In this document: positions 37,676 to 50,558 of the stretch, piece after piece
Layout of the letters: each line of letters starts with the position of its first letter
How positions within the stretch are numbered: the stretch's first letter is position 1
Source of the DNA: Podarcis melisellensis
Taxonomy: Eukaryota
Assembly (NCBI GenBank): GCA_964234715.1
Contig: OZ174281.1
Length of the DNA stretch: 64,000 nt
Reading direction: 5' to 3' (one strand)
Notes under the pieces: generated by a model
Seen by the model: only the letters and a program-made list of their open reading frames with translations
Told to the model about the DNA's origin: nothing
Database searches by the model: none
Program-made: the position numbers and the translations under genes

Positions 37676-38245
37676 CTGGCGAGACAGTCCATGAGCAGGT
37701 AGGGTCTCAGCCTGCGTACCAGATGGAGCTGGTAGACAGCTGCCCTGGACACAGAATTGATCTGCACCTCCAGGACAGCTGTGAGTCCAAAATGACTCCC
37801 AGGCTGCACACCTGCACCTTCAGGACCAGAGAGTCCCCCACCCCCGCCCACCCCCTGTCCTCCCAAAACACTACTTTTGTCTTGTCAGGATTCAGCCTCA
37901 ATCTGCTAACCACCATCCATCCTCCAACCGCCTCCAGGCACTCACACAGGACCTTCACTGCCTTCACTGGTTCTGATTTAAAAGAGAGGTAGAGCTGGGT
38001 ATCATGCGTATACTGATGAACATCCAGCCCAAACTCCCTGATGATCTCTCCCAGTGGCTTCATGTAGATGTAGATCTCTCAGCAGCCTTTGATACCATTG
38101 ACCATAACATCCTTCTGCACACGGCCCAGGAGGAAGGAGCAGAACCACTGTATAAGAGTGCCCCCAGCTCCTCTAGACAGTCCAGAAGGATGTTATGGTT
38201 GGTGGTATCAAAGGCCGCTGAGAGATCCAGCAGAATTAGGGCCAA
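37676..38245 (-). mobile_element. L2 LINE reverse-transcriptase fragment, rearranged
   Basis: Translations LILLDLSAAFDT..H and MKPLGEII...HQYTHDTQLYLSF...LRLNPDKT; contains a fold-back duplication. Confidence 0.9.
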
Positions 38246-38446
38246 TCACTACAAGTGCGGAAGGATTTGTTGGTAGTGTAAATAAGCACTCTGAAAAAAA
38301 CTTTGCTAAATAATTCCTGTTTCTATCAAATATTAATCATGGTAATACGGTAGTAGTTCTTCTGTTTCTATATTTTAGAACTGCTATAAAAGCCAAATAT
38401 CTACACTTTAGAATAATAAATAAAAAACTGAAATACGGAGAATACT

Positions 38447-39731
38447 GTTTGTTGTTGTTTAGTCATTTAGTTGTGTCCCACTCTTCGTGACCCCATAGAC
38501 CAGAGCATGCCAGGCACTCCTGTCTTCCACTGCCTCCCGCAGTTTGGTCAAACTCATGTTAGTAGCTTCAAGAACACTGTCCAACCATCCCGTCCCCTGT
38601 CGTCCCCTTCTCCTTGTGCCCTCCATCTTTCCCAACATCAGGGTCTTTTCCAGGGAGTCTTCTCTTCTCATGAGGTGGCCAAAATATTGGAGCCTCAGCT
38701 TCAGGATCTGTCCTTCCAGTGAGCACTCAGGGCTGATTTCCTTAAGAATGGATAGGTTTCATCTTCTTGCAGTCCATGGGACTCTCAAGAGTCTCCTCCA
38801 GACCATAATTCAAAAGCATCAATTCTTCAGCGATCAGCCTTCTTTATGGTCCAGCTCTCACTTCCATACATCTCTACTGGGAAAACCATAGCTTTAACTA
38901 TATGGACCTTTGTTGGCAAGGTGATGTCTCTGCTTTTTAAGATGCTGTCTAGGTTTGTCATTGCTTTTCTCCCAAGAAGCAGACGCCTCTTAATTTTGTG
39001 ACTGCTGTCGCCATCTGCAGTGATCATGGATCTCTCACTGCCTCCATTTCTTCCCCTTCTATTTGCCAGGAGGCAATGGGACCAGTGGCCATGATCTTAG
39101 TTTTTTTTTATGTTGAGCTTCAAACCATATTTTGCGCTCTCCTCTTTCTTTAATTCTTCCTCACTTTCTGCCATCAAAGTTGTGTCATCTGCATATCTGA
39201 GGTTGTTGATATTTCTTCCAGCAATCTTAATTCCGGCTTGGGATTCATCCAGTCCAGCCTTTTGCATGATGAATTCTGCATATAAGTTAAATAAGCAGGG
39301 AAGCAATGTCATAATCCTTTCCCAATTTTGAACTGATCTGTTGTTCCATATCCAGCTCTAACTGTAGCTTCTTGTCCCACATAGAGATTTCTCAGGAGAC
39401 AGATGAGGTGATCAGGCACTCCCATTTCTTTAAGAACTTGCCATAGTTTGCTGTGGTCAACACAGTCAAATGCTTTTGCGTAGTCAATGAAGCAGAAGTA
39501 GATGTTTTTCTGGAACTCTCTAGCTTTCTCCATAATCCAGGGCATATTTGGTCTCTGGTTCCTCTGCCCCTTCGAAATCCAGCTTGCACTTCTGGAAGTT
39601 CTCGGTCCATATACTGCTTAAGCCTGCCTTGTAGAATTTTAAGCATAACCTTGCTTAAAATCCACCTGGAGCAGGGACCGGCAAGCTACTCCAGTATCCC
39701 TGCCAAGAAAACTCCATGGACAAAAACAACA
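38447..39731 (-). mobile_element. BovB LINE, 5'-truncated, with an inverted distal segment (~39656-39731)
   Basis: RT motifs (QAGFRRGRGTRDQI, FIDYAKAFDCVDH, NNLRYADDTTL); 9-bp TSD GAGAATACT (38438-38446, 39732-39740). Confidence 0.95.
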
Positions 39732-40987
39732 GAGAATACTAAGAGATCATAAAATTTAACTCAATGTTATTATTTTATTTTTATGATTATAAGTTGCTTT
39801 AAACTGTTTTAAATATTGTTTTTAATGCTGTTCAACTGCCCTGGAACCTTAAAGGTGAAGGGCAGGTAATTAATAGTAAGAAAAATAATAGTTTAATTCT
39901 TCTAAATGGAAAAATCAGTATATTCCAATATAGTAGAGGCATGAGGGGAAGTAAAAACAAATCACATGCATTTCTTCTTTTAATTTAATTTAATTTAATT
40001 TATTTTTGCTGAAAACACAGTATCATAACATTGACCTATTTGGTCATGCTCAAGCTAATCATGTCTAAAACTTTCCCAGTGGGGATGAGCTTGTTCACTT
40101 CCTGTCTTGCAAGATTATCAACTAAAACTCAGTCATATATGCCCATAGTCTGATCACTGCAGCCCACCATAGCCATCCTCTCCTGCAGTGAGACCACAGC
40201 AGTCTGTGACATACCCATGAGATTCTGTGTCAGGAACCCATCACTTCTTGTGTCATCTTCCAAGACTTGTTCAATTGTTTACACATTAAATTATACCAAA
40301 TGCTGTTTGCAAAAGCTCTCTTTCCTTTCCCTCCTCTCTCCTTTGTTTGCAAGGAACTGGTTTGTCATACTGAAATAGAGTTTATGTGCAGTAACAGCCT
40401 AATAACCCAGCAACTTTAGTCACTTATTAAAGTCAAGCATGTGTCTTTGTTTCATGTTGCTAATGATGTGGAACCATAGAGGCCCAAGTATATTTCGCCT
40501 GGACGGTGTAGAAGCGAATGCTGAGNNNNNNNNNNNNNNNNNNNNNNNNNNNNNNNNNNNNNNNNNNNNNNNNNNNNNNNNNNNNNNNNNNNNNNNNNNN
40601 NNNNNNNNNNNNNNNNNNNNNNNNNNNNNNNNNNNNNNNNNNNNNNNNNNNNNNNNNNNNNNNNNNNNNNNNNGTCGCAGATTCTGTAGCTTTGCTTTAC
40701 TTATTGCAGGAAAAAAGGATGATGCTTGAAAACAAGTTAAGGAACGGACTTTCATGCTTGAATCTTTGAATTTGTGACATGCATTCAGCATGCCTAAGCC
40801 CCATTCAACTTATTTGAGCCATCAATATGTAACATCCTCATTAAAAGATGTCCACATTTGATTTCAGAGATATGCAACACAGTCCTATGCATATCTGCGA
40901 AGTAAAGCCCATTGAGTTCAATGGGACTTACTCCCAATTAAATATAAAGGATTGTGGCTCTAAGCAAAACATGGGAGTATATTTAAT

Positions 40988-41478
40988 TGTCAGTGTACTG
41001 GAAGACGCAAATATCACCAGTGTCAAAGTCTCAATTCTTCAACATCAAGTTGGATGCCTGATTATTGTCTTCCAAAGCAACTGCTCTATTCCAAACTTAA
41101 AAATGGAAAGCGTAATGCTGGTGGTCAGCAAATGAGGTTGAAAGACTCTCTCAAGGCAAATCTTAAAAAATGTGGTAGAAACACCAACAATTGGGAAACA
41201 CTGGCCTTCTAGTACTCCAGTTGGAGAACAGCCTTTACGAAAGGTGCCATGGACTTTGAAGATGCTCAGATTCAGGGCTAAAGGGATAAATGTGCTAAGG
41301 TGAAGGCACATTTGGCAAACCCTCACCATGATCAACTCCTGCCCGCTCCTGCCCACCATGATCAACTTGAAGGACGTGTGGGTCCAGAATTGGCCTCCAC
41401 ACTCACTTATGGACTCACTGTTAAGACTGTGTTCATGAAAGACAATCTTACTCAGCTACGAGTGATCGCCAAAGAAAA
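40988..41478 (+). mobile_element. RTE-clade (non-BovB) LINE 3' fragment
   Basis: Degenerate translation LPKQLLYSKLKNGKRNAGGQQ..KDSLKANLKKC...W, followed by a short 3' UTR. Confidence 0.8.
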
Positions 41479-41667
41479 GGAGCATTTAGTAAATAAGGGA
41501 GTAGGTCTTAAAATTATACCAGTATATTTCAATTCAAAATTACGAAACAGTATTATAATCTGCTAAAACAATTAGAGATGTTTGATTTACAGGTTGATCC
41601 TCTGGTTGTCTTCTCAGAAGTCAGTACCACTGAATTCAGTGAGGCTTTCTTCCAGTTCATATCCAGG

Positions 41668-41919
41668 ATCATAGACTCATAGAATCATAGAGTTGGAAGA
41701 GACCACAAGGGCCATCGAGTCCAACCCCCTGCCAAGCAGGAAACACCATCAGAGCACTCCTGACATATGGTTGTCACTCTGCTTAAAGACCTCCAAAGAA
41801 GGAGACTCCACCACACTCCTTGGCAGCAAATTCCACTGTCGAACAGCTCTTACTGTCAGGAGGTTCTTCCTAATGTTTAGGTGGAATTTTCTTTCTTGTA
41901 GTTTGGATCCATTGCTCCA
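41668..41919 (-). mobile_element. CR1 LINE 3' end
   Basis: (CATAGAAT)n tail; reverse strand encodes ...LNIRKNLLTVRAVRQWNLLPRSVVESPSLEVFK. Confidence 0.92.
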
Positions 41920-42401
41920 TTGTCAGCACTAATCATTCAAAAGAAAAGTAATTCTAAGTCTATACATTATAGCTTTTTCTTTTTGTCTAACTATTCTAGC
42001 ATAAGCATTATACAGTTTAAAACACATCTCACAGCTACAAACTCTATTCCAGTAAGTGGTTAAAAGATGAGCACAGCATCAAATATTGGCCTTTATTCCT
42101 AATTGTAATTATTGATATAAATTATAGTAAACCTACTTTACTATAGCTTTTTCTGATTTAACATGGACTTGAAGAAACAATTATGAATACCCTAAAATTA
42201 TTTCTTAAGAAGAAAAACAAGACCATACATTTATGACTTGGTATGTTTTACAGGTTTACTCTGAACTGTTTAGTATTGGATATTTGTATATTTTGTTGAT
42301 TTGGTAGAAATATTTCTGTATGTTTTTGCAGATTGTTTTTATATACAGTGCTATGCAGGCTTTTTATATATGTCCTGAATAAGTGTAGGAATTCATTTCA
42401 A

Positions 42402-42404
<3 letters not shown>

Positions 42405-42440
<36 letters not shown>
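42405..42440. repeat. (AG)n microsatellite
   Basis: Directly visible. Confidence 0.95.
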
Positions 42441-42446
<6 letters not shown>

Positions 42447-43344
42447 GTATCTTTTAGCCATCCTATCATGAATGATTGTACCAGATTTCCGTTGCTCAGA
42501 TGAAACTGCAGCTGTTTTGATAAGGAGGAAGCACATTGCTATATTTGTGGTTCACTTGTTGCGCTAGCTTTCTTTGACAATGGTGACAGTGCCTCTATAC
42601 ATCAAGAAATTATTCTCCCTTTTGTGTCTGCCAGGGGTCCTAGAGGGAATACTTTATATTGGAATCATGTTTCCCTTTGAGATTTTGGCATTTATACAGC
42701 AGTTCTGATCAGGAGCCCATTGTCAAACAGCTCTTGTAAAATATTAAAAGAAAGAGTTGAAAACCTGTCAGATAAAAAAAAATTGAATTGAACTATGTAC
42801 TTTCATCAGATGAGGGCCACGTCTGTCTTTTCCCAATGAGCCAGCAATTTAATCCATAATGGATGCAAAAGCATATTTTTAGTTTACTAAACATATTTTT
42901 CCATATTAGGGGCATTGGGATGGGGATAGCATGCACAACAATATCAACACATATTATATCAATGATGTTTTCTGTCAAAATGCTGAATGCCTGTTAAAGG
43001 AGCCTGAATGGAGCCTCTGCTTGAGTGCAAACGTGTCATCAGGGAAGGATCTGCAGTCTTAGCTGGGATTGGACTTAAGGGCTCATCCAACAAGTAGTAG
43101 AGGGGAAGTAGACATAGCCAAGACTAATCTGATAATTCAGATTAGGGGATCAATAACCTGGAGGTTTGTTCCTTGCCAGGTATGGAGTCTGCTTGGGCTG
43201 AATTCTGTTTCCACCTAAGATACTGTATTTTTTTCCTGAGGCATAAGCTGCAGAAGGGCTGTGATGCCTCTTGTGACCTCTGAGGCTAACATAGTGACCC
43301 AGGAAAGTAAAATAGAAACCTATGTTGTCTTCCTACATCACTAT

Positions 43345-43515
43345 GCTATCCTTATACTGAACCAGATTATTTGTCCACCTTAAGTATCACCTACACTAAC
43401 TTGCAGCATCTCTCCAAGGTGTTAAACAGTGGTATTTCTCAGCTCCAGCTGGAGATGTTGGGTATTGAATCTGGAATCTCTTGCATGCAAAGCATGGGCA
43501 CCACTACTAAGCATG
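43345..43515 (-). mobile_element. Degenerate Squam3-type SINE
   Basis: ccttatactgaaccaga...ctggagatgttgggtattgaatctgg...catgcaaagc...ccactactaagc. Confidence 0.6.
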
Positions 43516-44883
43516 GGCTGTCCTACCCCTAAGAGCAGTGAAAGTAGGAAAGGACTTTTGGAAACAATGGGAATTGTGATCTTTTCATGTTCTTCTTCCT
43601 CCTCACCTGCAGAAGACTCCTGTGCCACAGCTCCTTCTGTTACCACCTGTGCATTAGGATGTTAGGTAGCTAGTATGCAACTTAACGCTTTAGTTTGATA
43701 TGACTGAAATTATTTTGTTTCATCAATAAAACTCCTGGTTTAACTGATACCCATTTTGCCTTGGATCGTTCAAGCAGCTGCCAACCACTACTGTTGCCAA
43801 GTTGCAAACCAGGGGAGGAGGTTGTATCTTTAAAAGCATGCTGCTGTCGCTTCAGAAGTTCACACTACACTTTCACTGTGGTTGAAGGACAGAGAGATTA
43901 GTCAGGAAGGTCAGTTAAGGAAACAGCAGTGTCTGGCTTGCCTGATTTATACACATTGCTTGTAGAGAGACATCTAGAGGCCTTCACAGGGCAATTGTCA
44001 TCTGCTTTTGACTTCACAAGCCACTAGATGTCTCTGCACAACTGAGGGCGCCAAATGGGGGGAAAACTTGTCTCCACCGTTTCATTGATTGACCTTTCTG
44101 CCTTTATGATCATTCCTGGACAAAGACAGGAGACATGTGTCTGCAGTGACCAAGGAGCCACAATTCTCCTTCCGGATGCAGTTTAGCAATCCCACCAACC
44201 ACTGAAGTCTTTAAAAACTCACTTGAATGCAATTAAGCTTCCTGCATAGACGAAGAGGGGAAGAGAAGAGCAATAAATTGGAAACCACAAATGCCAACTG
44301 AAAAGACTGTTTGTGGACATAGAAGTACCTCCAGCCCCCTAGGTTTTAAAGACAGGTTGGGGTAGTGAAAGCCAAACCAAAGAGGACAGCATAAAATATT
44401 GGCTGGCATAGTCACTGTCATAAAAGTTTCGAGTCACACCAGAACAGTTATGAGAGTGACAAGCATATGAAGTCATCCAGAGAAGTTTTTGGACCATGAC
44501 ACAATCTACCAATCCAGCTGCATAGGCAATCCACAAAAATAAAACCAAGCTTTAACCATCTACAGTTCTGTGGCAGTGCTGCTCCCCACACCCCCAATGT
44601 TATTAATTTTATGCAATCACATAAAAGCATTCTCAAAACATTTGTTCTTATTCCTGACCACTTTAAAGCTCTTTCGTTTTGTCACCATCTTTTCTCTGAA
44701 AATGTATCTACAATAATGAAGATAGGTATAAAAAGGAAGAAGAATTAAGATTAAAATTGTGATAAAAACCCCAAAACTTTAGACTGACTGACTTTTCAGA
44801 GTTGTGTTGTGTTGTTAAATGGAACTTGCCAGAAGGAAAATAAATGGGGAACATACGGTAATTCCACAATAGGCAACTGTTTA

Positions 44884-45280
44884 GCTAGTGTGGTGTAGTG
44901 ATAAGTGTGTTGGACTTGGACGTGTGAAGCCCCACTTGGCCATGAAACTCACTGGGTGACCTTGGGCCAGTCACAGCCTCTCAGCCAAAGCTACCTATAA
45001 CCGCCCTGACGTCGGGGGGCGGGCGGGCGTTATAGGNNNNNNNNNNNNNNNNNNNNNNNNNNNNNNNNNNNNNNNNNNNNNNNNNNNNNNNNNNNNNNNN
45101 NNNNNNNNNNNNNNNNNNNNNNNNNNNNNNNNNNNNNNNNNNNNNNNNNNNNNNNNNNNNNNNNNNNNNNNNNNNNNNNNNNNNNNNNGTGAAAATAAAA
45201 TAGGGAGAAAGAGAACTGTGTATGCCACCTCAAGCTCCTTGGAGGAAAAGTGGGGTATACCTGTAAATATAATAAATAAA
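44884..45280 (+). mobile_element. tRNA/CORE (MIR-like) SINE split by a GC-rich insert and a gap
   Basis: AGTGTGGTGTAGTG head and CTGGGTGACCTTGGGCCAGTCAC core at 44884-44990; 3' part with AATAAATAAA tail at 45189-45280. Confidence 0.7.
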
Positions 45281-45789
45281 CGGTTTGGTTATATTCAGCC
45301 AATGAACAGAACTAGCTCCTGCTCATTTTTCAGATTTATCTATAGGTTTTGGAACCAAAATGCCAGGAAACAATGCTCTTACAGGGCTATCTGAGGAAAA
45401 CATTGGGAACATCTCATGAGGAAATGCTTTATGTTTTTTTAATTCAAGGAACTGTGGCCCTCTAGAGGATCCAACAGGTTTTTCTGCTGTTGCCCTTAGA
45501 AACACTCCCAAGGGTTTTGGAAATCAAGAGGCAGCTCCCTAAACAGAAACATTCTCCTCAGTTTTTTGTGAGTTCAGAGAAGGGAGCGGGGAAATCCTCA
45601 GCTGAAAGACAGCTCCTTTGTTTCTGCCCACACATACCTCTCATGCCCCTTGAATTTCCGGGGTGAAGTGGGTCTAACTTCTTCACAGAAGAAAATTCTG
45701 GACCTCTGTTTCCTCCTCAGACGGCACAGCTCACCCTTCAGTTGGGTGGGGGAGGGGAGCCTGACCACATTAAGCTCTTGATGTTACAA

Positions 45790-45910
45790 AGCACAACAGC
45801 TGAAATGCCAAGGTTGCAGGTTCGATCCCTGTCTGGGACAGCTTCATATTCCTGCACGGCAGGGAGTTGGACTAGAAGATTATCAGGGTCCCTTCCAACT
45901 CTATGATTCT
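45790..45910 (+). mobile_element. tRNA-head/CR1-tail SINE
   Basis: B-box GGTTCGATCCC (45819-45829) directly followed by the CR1 3' end GTTGGACTAG...CCCTTCCAACTCTATGATTCTG. Confidence 0.7.
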
Positions 45911-47587
45911 GTTATTCGTATTGTACCAACACGGGTTGTCTTGGATTTGTCTCACAATTTGTAAACACACACACACCAACATTTCTTGTCTGCAAGAGGG
46001 TGAGGAGGCCCTTGCTCGCCTCAGAAAATTTAATTCTGATGGTCGGAGGGTGGGCTGTCTAAAGTACCTTGTTGTCATGCCTTGCGGGTGGTGTCCAGAG
46101 GTTGGGATTTCAAGGGGGGGCAAGTCTTATCCGGGCAAAAATGAAGCCTTTAATTGTGCGTAGTGATATAATATGCTTGGCTGGAGGCTGCTGCTAAGGA
46201 TAGTCCAGATTTGTTAGTTTTCCTCATGCTAGCTTGGTGTGAGCAGTAGTGCAGCTAGGTAATTTTAGGTCCTGTGTTGGGTAGTTTCATGAGAGGGGCC
46301 CCGTTAGACAGCCATGTGTATTTCAGTTGTGAAGCATACAACTAAAATTTCTCTCCTCCTGCTGCTCCACTACCACCCATTGCTTTACAGTAGCTTCTAC
46401 AGCCCTGATTATGTTAAAACAAAAACAAAAGGTATTTATCAGCTCTGATTAAAAATAAAAATATTCTGAGTATGCTTTGTTTTCACATTTTGAACTCAAT
46501 TAAATCATAGCTCCACTATGCTTACAAGAATAAAATGGGGTTTGTTTCTGCTGCACTGATACTAAACACATTTACTTGAAAATAAACACCATTTATTGCT
46601 GGGGGGGGGGATATATTCCTGAAGTAAAATGAATAATAAAATGAACATATGTAACCATATAAAATTCTGGCCAGCTGTCCCCGATTAATAAGAAAGAAAG
46701 GATTTTGCAGCAGCCAGAGTTGGCCCCAGAGGACACCAGTATCCTCATGCCAACCTAGGAGCTGATGCCAGACCTGTTGCCACTGCCCCCATCATCTGTT
46801 GCTCTCTGGAAGTAATTTGAGAAGCCCTTAAATCCTAGCTGCCCGCTAGACACGAGCAAACTCTCTTATTGTTAGGCCTCTTAATGTGAACTGCTAAATG
46901 AATTGCTTAATAGGAGTATAGTGCTACTGGATATTATTAACAGATCTGTTGGTATGTTTCATGCTCATTTAAACCTTTTATATGTCAAAATGTCTGTGGT
47001 ATATTATAGTGTATTGCTTTCATTTGGCATGGCTATGGTGTTTGTTGTACTCAAGTTATCATCTGTGAACACAATGTATTTGTAGAAAACGTGGTAGATA
47101 AATTAAATTTGACTGTAATCAAATAATTCAATTTTATACTTCATAATACATTTTGTAAAGTGTACCTTAGATTCAGCTACACCTATTTGTGAAATTCATT
47201 TTAGTTACATGATGGACAAGGAACAGAACAACAGGGAAAAAGAAAATAGATAAGTTATGTGGCCGAGGATTGCCAATATACTTCAGTGTGAAGTGCCAGG
47301 TACTTAGAAATATTGTAGGAAAGCTTCTTGGCTGATATCTATGCATGTGTGAGTAGTGGAGGAAATTGTTGGACTGTGGATTTTCAGCAACAATTAACCA
47401 TGTAATAATATATATAATTATTTAAATCTATGCTTTCTGTCTTGAACCCTTTTCAGCTGAAGTCTTATCAACTGAAATAAATAGTTGTTATGGTCTGCAT
47501 GTTTTAACTGAATGCTATAAATTCGCTGACTAACAGTGCAACCCAAAGCATGATTCACTGGGGTTACTCGCAAGAAACAGAGGAATC

Positions 47588-47942
47588 GGGGATGCGGGTG
47601 GTGCTGTGGTCTACACAGAGTCTAGGGCTTGCTGATCAGAAGGTTGGCGGTTCAAATCCCTGCGACGGGGTGAGCTCCTGTTCAGTTCCAGCTCCTGCCC
47701 ACCTAGCAGTTCAAAAGCACGTCAAAGTGCAAGTAGATAAATAGGTACCACACCAATGGGAAGGTAAACAGTGTTTCCATGTGCTGCTGTGGTTTGCCAG
47801 AAGTGGCTTAGTCATGCTGGCCACATGACCCAGAAGCTGTCTGCGGACAAACGCCGGCTCCCTCAGCCTATAGAGCAAGATTACTACGCAACCCCAGAGT
47901 CATCTGCGACTGGACCTAATGGTGAGGGGTACCTTTACCTTT
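47588..47942 (+). mobile_element. Full-length Sauria SINE
   Basis: Head GGGGATGCGGGTGG, (ACCTTT)n tail, near-perfect TSD AACAGAG(G/C)AATC. Confidence 0.94.
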
Positions 47943-50558
47943 AACAGAGCAATCAACCCCCAAGTGGTGGTGTCCCTCTGTCCAGTTCCATTGAGCTACA
48001 CCAGACTTTGCCTGCAGGAGGCTTCAACTGCCACAAAGGTCCCTGCAGAGCCTGCTGAAAGTGTGGGAAGGTGGAAACTAATGCTGATGGCATCCCCATC
48101 AGTGGTTACCAGCAGAACGCCCCATGTGGTATTTTATTGCAAGGAGTGCAACTGCGCTGGATGATCGTAAAGCATTCCAGCCACTGCTGATGTGCCCAAT
48201 CCAAGTTTCTCAGTTGCACCAGCCTGGAGCTCGTGCACAAAATATGGGACACACACACACACACAAACAAACCCCTTCCTTGCACCGTGGCCAGTGTAAG
48301 TAGTGATGGTTCAAATGTGGCCGTGACTCTGCCATTCCACCCTGCTGCTCCCAGCCAAAAATTAGGATTACTTCCTAATACGGTATAGGGATGCATCCTA
48401 AGGCTTTATTGACATATATAAGATTGATAACTTCTTAAAATACAACCCTAGTCAACAACTGATTAGGGTAGAAGGCCACATAGTGAAAGGATAGAAAGGA
48501 TGTTGGTCCAAATCTCCAAATTCCATTCCCTCAGATACTGCCAAACTGTGTTGCTACGTTCCTCCACACCCATTTTTTCCTCTTGTTTCAATGTGAGGGC
48601 AAAACTGTTCCCTTTAGAACACAGACTTGGCCCAAGGGCCTCGTTGGTAATTACTCATTAGTAATCCTCAAGGATTACTAGTTGGTAATCCTTGAAATAG
48701 AGTATTGTAATAAAAAGTACAACATGACTTCCTATCACATAATTTTATTTTATTCATCTAACTAAAAACAATAAATGTGCTTGTTGTTTGTTTGTTCTTT
48801 ATTGTTTTATTTGTCCCCAGATTATGACTATACTGTATTAGGCAGGATTTACCTAACCAGCCCTGTCAATGGAAGCCTTGCCCAAGGACCTCTTCTTGCG
48901 CAATGGGGCTTCCCCTCTTCTATTTCTCTGTGCACCTCTACTCTGAAATTGTCTCTGGGAGGTCAGGAGAACCCCTTGAACAGCATGAGTGAAGGGGAGA
49001 GGCAGTATTTTTCCACCTGGCAAGCTGAAATGCTTGTGCAGATGGAATAGTTGTAAGAACATGGCATTGAATTCAACCCAATATGTTTTTAGAAATTTAC
49101 ATTAGGAATTTCATTCACCTAGAAAGCAAAATATGACTGGTTATGATTCCAGCAAGATGATATTATATATAGCCGGAAACTCTATCACTATGGATTATTT
49201 TAACTTTAAAATAAGAGTTTTCGGTTTGGAAAAGAATGTAATCTATTAGAAGGGAACATTTATAAAATGAGATTAATCCATGATCTTCTGTCAGTGCTAT
49301 ATAACCTACAGATTAGCATGAAAATAGAATTGTGATCTACTATACAAGCTTGTCAGAAGGAAGGAAGCACTACTGTCAGGGAGAAATTGTGTTTTAGAAA
49401 AATGCAAAATGAGGATATATTAAGGGAAGATTGGAAGCAATCACAAAAAGACCATCAGAGTTTTAAGAATATTCAGAAAGCCATATGAAAAGACGGAGGA
49501 TATGAGTGTGTAGAGTAATGAACTATCTAAATGTTGAGAATCATAAAAGCTAAGAGTGACCAAACAATGTATTTCTGTAGCATATGGGGAATCTTTTTCA
49601 AACCAAAAACTGCATTACCAGTGGTGCCTGGTGCCCATTGAGACCTGTAGGGCAGAAGACAGGGATATCAACAGTTGGTGGAGCCAGAGCCAATGACAGG
49701 CAAAGATAACCAATTCCCATTCTCCTCTCGGATAAGTTCTGTAAGGGTATCACTGTGACGGAGGACATGAGTAATGTGCTGTTTCCTCCTCCTTCCACAG
49801 CCTACCTGAATTCTAAGTTTGAAGGAAGAACCCTTTTGACATCGGAGTTCCATTAAGACAGTCCACCTGCTGCCAGGTTTATACACCTATGTTGAGTGGT
49901 GGAGGAAGTAGGTGAAACTGCTTAATTGACTCAATCAACTGATGATGACAACCCTTCAGTGCCATTATCCTCATCTACTTCCTAAACCTCCAGTCTTCCT
50001 AAATATTTCTAAACCCAGGGACGTCAATAATATCTGGGCTACACTCTGAGTAAGCACCAGACTGAAGGAACTAGGTTTGAATTAAAAGGGGTGAAATAGC
50101 ACTATTAGCTATTATTAATGCAATATCTCTGCATAATCCTACCCAGCATCTCAGTATGTGTTGAACAGAAGAGGTATGGATAGGACGCTCACAGGAAAGT
50201 TCCCAGAAAGGCCATAGATACCCACCCATAAATATGGTAACTTCTCAGTTGAGTCTGACAAGAACATGTGAAGCAATTCAAGAACAGTCTTATGAATGCC
50301 TACCAGATCCCACAGATATTGTACCAAAACCTCATGATCAGCTACACTGAAGCCTGTAGAAAGGTTTAACCGGGCTTATTCTTGTTGATCTTCNNNNNNN
50401 NNNNNNNNNNNNNNNNNNNNNNNNNNNNNNNNNNNNNNNNNNNNNNNNNNNNNNNNNNNNNNNNNNNNNNNNNNNNNNNNNNNNNNNNNNNNNNNNNNNN
50501 NNNNNNNNNNNNNNNNNNNNNNNNNNNNNNNNNNNNNNNNNNNNNNNNNNNNNNNNNN

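Noticed and set aside
48659-48680. Perfect 10-bp hairpin TAGTAATCCT-CA-AGGATTACTA with a local duplication
   Set aside because: Best explained as a small template-switch mutation; no functional evidence.
49895-49985. GAAA...CTGATGA within an inverted repeat (possible type II hammerhead)
   Set aside because: Stems I-III cannot be formed around the core and there is no properly placed UH.
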